DNA of 64,000 bases from an uncultured Anaerolineaceae bacterium. GTDB taxonomy: Bacteria > Chloroflexota > Anaerolineae > Anaerolineales > UBA4823. Position 1 is the first letter of the stretch. The number at the start of each line of letters is the position of its first letter. A program made the position numbers and the translations under genes. Positions 60,143 to 64,000 of this stretch are shown in pieces. The stretch covers positions 25,869 through 89,868 of the forward strand of contig CAYGZL010000151.1 in the NCBI GenBank assembly GCA_964354345.1, given 5' to 3'. The notes under the pieces are model-generated. The model worked only from the letters and a program-made list of their open reading frames with translations, searched no databases and had not been told where the DNA came from.

Positions 60143-63100
60143 TTGTACTCGATAGAGGTTGTATGCTTATCCGTTTAAAATCGTTGGAACTACATGGTTA
60201 TAAAACGTTTGCCAACCGCACTCTCTTTGAATTTGCAGATGCAATCACTGCGATAGTCGGACCAAATGGCAGCGGTAAATCGAACATAGCGGATAGCTTG
60301 CGCTGGGTTTTGGGAGAGCAATCCTTCAGTTTGTTGCGGGGGAAAAAGACTGAGGACATGATTTTTTCTGGTTCAGAGACGCGTCCGCGAGCCGGTATGG
60401 CCTCGGCTACGATAACATTCGATAACAGCGATGGTTGGCTACCGATTGATTTCGCTGAGGTAGCAATCACACGCCGGGCTTATCGGGATGGACAGAACGA
60501 GTATCTGATCAATCGCCAGCGCGTGCGGTTGAAAGATGTTTCCGAACTCCTGGCACAATCGGGTCTGGCCGAAAGAACCTATACGATAATCGGTCAAGGT
60601 TTGGTTGATGCTGCTCTTTCTTTGAAAGCTGAGGAACGCCGTCGATTGTTCGAAGAAGCAGCTGGAGTAGGTTTACACCGTGCCAGGCGGGAGGATGCAT
60701 TACGCCGTTTGGATCTGACGCAACGCAACCTGGAACGAGTACAGGATATTCTGGCAGAACTCGAGCCGCGCCTGGCCAGTCTGGAGCGCCAGGCGCGGCG
60801 TGCTCAAGAATTTAACCAGGTTAAGGCTGACTTGCAGCTGGCACTTCGCGATTGGTATGGCTACCATTGGCATCGCTCCCAGCAAGAATTGATGGATGCT
60901 CAGCTGGCGACGCGCATTCAAGAAGAAGCATTGAGTAAAGTGCGCCAGGAACTGGAGGAATTGGATCGAAAATTGACGGCTGTCGGTGATCATTTGCTAG
61001 GATTACGCGCCCAACTGAACGCCTGGCACCACCAATCGGCTCTGCTCCATACCCGACGTGAGGAGCTCAACCGGGAATTGGCCGTGGCTGAGGAACGTAT
61101 CCGTTCGCAAACTGCCCAGGCACAAACTGCACAGGATGAACAGGCGCGCTTGGCGGAGGAGCAAAATTTATACCAGCAACAAATCAAGGAGACTGAACTC
61201 GAACTTGAACGCCTGAAGGTTGAATTGAATGAAGCCCGAGCCCAGAGCGAACAAACTCAGCAGGCCTTGGATGAAAGGCTGAAAGAACGCTCCCAGCATG
61301 AAAATAGCCTCCAGGATGTACGCGAGAGCTTGAACAGTTTAGGGATACAGCAAAATCGGCTTCAGGCGCGACGGATTGAGCAGCGCGCTCACATTGAGCG
61401 AGCACAGCAGACTCTACAGGCAACCAATCAAGCGGTCGCACAGGTTGAGGCGGAGCAATCATCCGCTGCAGAGAATTTACAGGCCGCCCTACAAAAGCAG
61501 GACAGCGCAGAGAAAGTCCGCAGCCAGGCTGATGCAGCTTATCAGATGCAGATAAAACGGATAGCTGAGGTGGAAAGCGCCAACCAGCGCATCGTTGAGC
61601 AACGTACAAACCTGGCTGCGGAAATAACCCGTGTGAAAGCCCAGCTGGGTGTATTGGCACAAGCTGAAGCTGCTCTGAGTGGATATAGCAGTGGAACGCG
61701 GTTGCTTTTGCAGGCTACTCGTCAGAAAAAACTCACTGGTGTGATCAATGCGCTGAATGTTGTGTTGGATGTAAATGCTGAACATGAAGCTGCTATCAGT
61801 GCCGCGCTGGGAGAGTTTCTTGATGCCACGCTATTCACGATTGATTCGGAAAAGGTGATCGAGTTTCTACAAGAACGGGTGAGGTCAGACTTTTCTTCGG
61901 GAAAAGGAGCGCTTTTACCGCTGGGAGAAATGAAACAAGTTGCCGGGTTGCTGCCTGATCCGGATTACCTGGTTGAATTAGGCGCTGATTGGATTGGCGT
62001 TGCGTCGGAATTGGTCCGTGTTCCTGGAGAGATCCGCCCGACAATTAATTTGTTACTGGGACGTGTGTGGGTGGTACGAAATCGCCATGCAGCACGCCGC
62101 TTATTAAAGAAATATTCGGATAATAGACTGGCATCGGTTTCAATTTCTGAGTTGCGAGTGGTTACCCTGGAAGGTGAAGTTTTCCATGCCAGTGGACCCA
62201 TTCTAATCCCGGCAGGAAGCAAGGGCGCAAAACTTGAATCACAGGCGGAATATAACACCACTTTGAGCCGGCAGCGACAAATCCGCGAGTTGCGAGCGAC
62301 GATTGCTCAACACGAAATCCAATTGAGCCAGATGGATGACCAACGTCTGGAAAGTGAGAAACGATTAGAGTTCATGCAAACTGACCTCAATCGTCTGGCG
62401 CAGGTTCTCCGTACAACACAGGAGGATTTTGAACAAGCGCGATTATCCGTTCATCAGTCCCACTTACAGATGGAACAGGTTGAGATGCAGGCGCGTTGGC
62501 AGGGTGAACAACGTGATCGTTTGCATAGTGAAATCGCACAAGGGGAAGAGGAGCTTGTTCAAGCATCGAGTGAGATCGAGCGCCTCGAAGGAGAGGTTGC
62601 TGGATTACGTAATCGGTTGCGCGAAACCAGCCATATTCTGGTCAGTTTGGCTTTAGAAGAACACCAGGCACAAGTTAATTATTGGAATACTCAAGTAGCA
62701 GTTTCGCAGCGAGCCGTGGCTGATGCTGAGAGACGATTACAGGAAAGGCGGGCAAATTTTGATCGTGCGACTCAAGCACAAATCAAGTTAGAACAACGAT
62801 TATCCGTGCTTGCCGAGGGACTAACCGACCTGGCACAGCAAATTGCTACCTGGCAGGAAACAGAGGCCACGGTTGGAAAGCAAATCGAGGAATTACGCAT
62901 GATACTATCGCCTGTTGAAGCTCAACTGGAGCAAGTAGAGCAAGAGCAGCGCGAACTACAAAGCACAACCACAGCGAGCCGGCAGACATTAAACCTGGCA
63001 GATCAACGTTATACGCAGGCGCGGATCAATTTTAACCGCCGACAGGATGCCTTACAGGCTTTACGCCGTCGAATCGAAGACGATTTTGGGTTGGTAGCTT

Positions 63101-63849
63101 TTGAATATGCAGAGCAGGTATCCGGACCTACTCCTCTCCCGTTGGAGGGGATGGTGGAGCAATTACCTCATCTTCTTCAGTTGCCAGGTGAGGTTGAAGA
63201 CACAATTAAGCGTTTGCGCGCCCAGTTACGACGGATTGGTGCCATCAATCCAGAAGCCCAGGCTGAATATCAGGAAGTAAAGCAACGCTACGGTTTTCTA
63301 AAAGAACAAGTGGCAGATTTACACCAGGCAGAAAGTGATGTACGCCAGGTGATCACTGAATTGGATGGTTTGATGGAACGTGAATTTCGCCGGACTTTCG
63401 AGGCCGTCGCGGGGAAATTCCACGAAATATTCACCCGTCTTTTCGGCGGGGGCTCTGCAAAACTAATCTTGACGGATCCAGACGACCTGACTGAGACAGG
63501 CATCGATATCGAGGCGCGCTTACCAGGGCGCCGAACTCAGGGTTTATCCTTACTTTCGGGAGGCGAGCGCAGTCTCACGGCAGCAGCTTTGATATTTGCA
63601 TTGCTTAAAGTCTCGCCGACCCCCTTCTGTGTTCTGGACGAAGTGGATGCCATGCTAGACGAAGCCAATGTCGCCCGGTTTCGTGATATGCTTAATGAGT
63701 TAAGTATAAATACTCAAATTATCGTTGTTACACATAATCGGGGCACAGTTCAAGCAGCCGACGTAATTTATGGCGTTACCATGGGATCCGATTCGGTCAG
63801 CCAGGTGCTAAGTCTACGGATGGACGAACTGAGCCGGGTGGTAGATTAA
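60139..63849 (+). CDS. smc: Chromosome partition protein SMC
   Basis: The likely start is ATG 60163 (MLIRLKSLELHGYKTF). Walker A GPNGSGKSN, long coiled coils and a hinge. The C-terminus has LSGGERSLTAAAL and CVLDEVDAMLD. Confidence 0.95.
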   Translation: MIVLDRGCMLIRLKSLELHGYKTFANRTLFEFADAITAIVGPNGSGKSNIADSLRWVLGEQSFSLLRGKKTEDMIFSGSETRPRAGMASATITFDNSDGWLPIDFAEVAITRRAYRDGQNEYLINRQRVRLKDVSELLAQSGLAERTYTIIGQGLVDAALSLKAEERRRLFEEAAGVGLHRARREDALRRLDLTQRNLERVQDILAELEPRLASLERQARRAQEFNQVKADLQLALRDWYGYHWHRSQQELMDAQLATRIQEEALSKVRQELEELDRKLTAVGDHLLGLRAQLNAWHHQSALLHTRREELNRELAVAEERIRSQTAQAQTAQDEQARLAEEQNLYQQQIKETELELERLKVELNEARAQSEQTQQALDERLKERSQHENSLQDVRESLNSLGIQQNRLQARRIEQRAHIERAQQTLQATNQAVAQVEAEQSSAAENLQAALQKQDSAEKVRSQADAAYQMQIKRIAEVESANQRIVEQRTNLAAEITRVKAQLGVLAQAEAALSGYSSGTRLLLQATRQKKLTGVINALNVVLDVNAEHEAAISAALGEFLDATLFTIDSEKVIEFLQERVRSDFSSGKGALLPLGEMKQVAGLLPDPDYLVELGADWIGVASELVRVPGEIRPTINLLLGRVWVVRNRHAARRLLKKYSDNRLASVSISELRVVTLEGEVFHASGPILIPAGSKGAKLESQAEYNTTLSRQRQIRELRATIAQHEIQLSQMDDQRLESEKRLEFMQTDLNRLAQVLRTTQEDFEQARLSVHQSHLQMEQVEMQARWQGEQRDRLHSEIAQGEEELVQASSEIERLEGEVAGLRNRLRETSHILVSLALEEHQAQVNYWNTQVAVSQRAVADAERRLQERRANFDRATQAQIKLEQRLSVLAEGLTDLAQQIATWQETEATVGKQIEELRMILSPVEAQLEQVEQEQRELQSTTTASRQTLNLADQRYTQARINFNRRQDALQALRRRIEDDFGLVAFEYAEQVSGPTPLPLEGMVEQLPHLLQLPGEVEDTIKRLRAQLRRIGAINPEAQAEYQEVKQRYGFLKEQVADLHQAESDVRQVITELDGLMEREFRRTFEAVAGKFHEIFTRLFGGGSAKLILTDPDDLTETGIDIEARLPGRRTQGLSLLSGGERSLTAAALIFALLKVSPTPFCVLDEVDAMLDEANVARFRDMLNELSINTQIIVVTHNRGTVQAADVIYGVTMGSDSVSQVLSLRMDELSRVVD

Positions 63850-63856
63850 ATAATTA

Positions 63857-63903
63857 GGCCTTTTCGAGCAGTCGTGCCAACATAACCCACATTCGAAAAG
63901 GCC
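63857..63903. terminator. Perfect 11-bp inverted repeat between smc and a convergent gene
   Basis: GGCCTTTTCGA (63857..63867) pairs with TCGAAAAGGCC (63893..63903) across a 25-nt loop. No T-tract follows. Confidence 0.35.
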
Positions 63904-63908
63904 AAATC

Positions 63909-64000
63909 CTATAGTTGATCCAGCCGATTAGCGAGTCGTACCAGGAGAATTGCTCGGAGAGCCTGTTTGCCCGGATGTATATTGCTGGATGTAGTCAGTA
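63909..64000 (-). CDS. 3' end of an unidentified convergent gene (30 codons visible)
   Basis: A minus-strand frame is open from the right edge to TAG (63911..63909): ..LTTSSNIHPGKQALRAILLVRLANRLDQL-stop. It is too short to assign. Confidence 0.25.
   Translation of the reverse strand, partial: LTTSSNIHPGKQALRAILLVRLANRLDQL

Noticed and set aside
61184-61660. A 158-aa minus-strand ORF (and neighbouring ones) within smc.
   Set aside because: It lies opposite the Gln/Glu/Ala/Leu-rich coiled-coil coding region, whose codon repetitiveness keeps antisense frames open. There are no supporting features.
1-64000. A search for CRISPR arrays, rRNA/tRNA genes, IS elements, integrases, prophage genes and long direct or inverted repeats.
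   Set aside because: None was found by eye. The intergenic regions are short (mostly under 130 nt) and contain only the small hairpins listed. A computational repeat/tRNA scan would be needed to be certain.

Overview
This is a gene-dense chromosomal segment with about 57 protein-coding genes. By eye I found no rRNA, tRNA, CRISPR array, transposase, integrase or phage genes. The protein sequences and gene order look like a Chloroflexota (Anaerolineae-like) bacterium, but that is inference only and no search was possible.

Gene content, left to right:
- A TgpA-like transglutaminase membrane protein that runs off the left edge.
- A co-directional 11.7-kb block encoding only membrane subunits of complex I (nuoA-H-J-K-L-M-M-N: two NuoM copies, a long NuoL, and no nuoB/C/D/I/E/F/G). 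It is followed directly by only the Fo part of ATP synthase (atpZ-like, a, c, and a b subunit fused to a delta C-terminal domain; no F1 genes).
- murE, an SDR oxidoreductase, a formate/nitrite-family channel and an ABC1 kinase.
- A cysteine-cluster protein, a heterodimeric ABC exporter and a kinase-like DUF4032 protein.
- A protealysin-type M4 protease with an emfourin-like inhibitor gene, and a Pcm methyltransferase with a lipoprotein signal.
- A membrane-embedded spermidine-synthase-like protein, divergent from a tightly coupled MoxR / DUF58 / DUF4129 / HDAC-family deacetylase / NYN-LOTUS gene string.
- An HD hydrolase, a DUF948-like/YtxH stress pair, nnr, a tungsten-type aldehyde:ferredoxin oxidoreductase, a patatin-like lipase, and a nucleosidase / lipoprotein / membrane-protein operon.
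- tatC, tatB-like, nusB, asp23, fabG, fabD and rpmF.
- A large polytopic lipoprotein, prfB (with the classical +1 frameshift, which the ORF track misses) and ftsY.
- moaD, a moaE remnant and a ThrC-like PLP enzyme, then fabF, rnc and smc.

Three genes (Lrp/AsnC-type, GNAT-type, moaE) look like internally deleted remnants.

The observations most worth a second look are:
1. The membrane-arm-only complex I cluster of the 2M type, with an apparently lengthened NuoL lateral helix.
2. The Fo-only operon with a b/delta-CTD fusion.
3. The MoxR-DUF58-DUF4129-deacetylase-NYN/LOTUS string.
4. The MoaD / ThrC-like pairing.

All family names come from motif recognition and memory, not from database searches.
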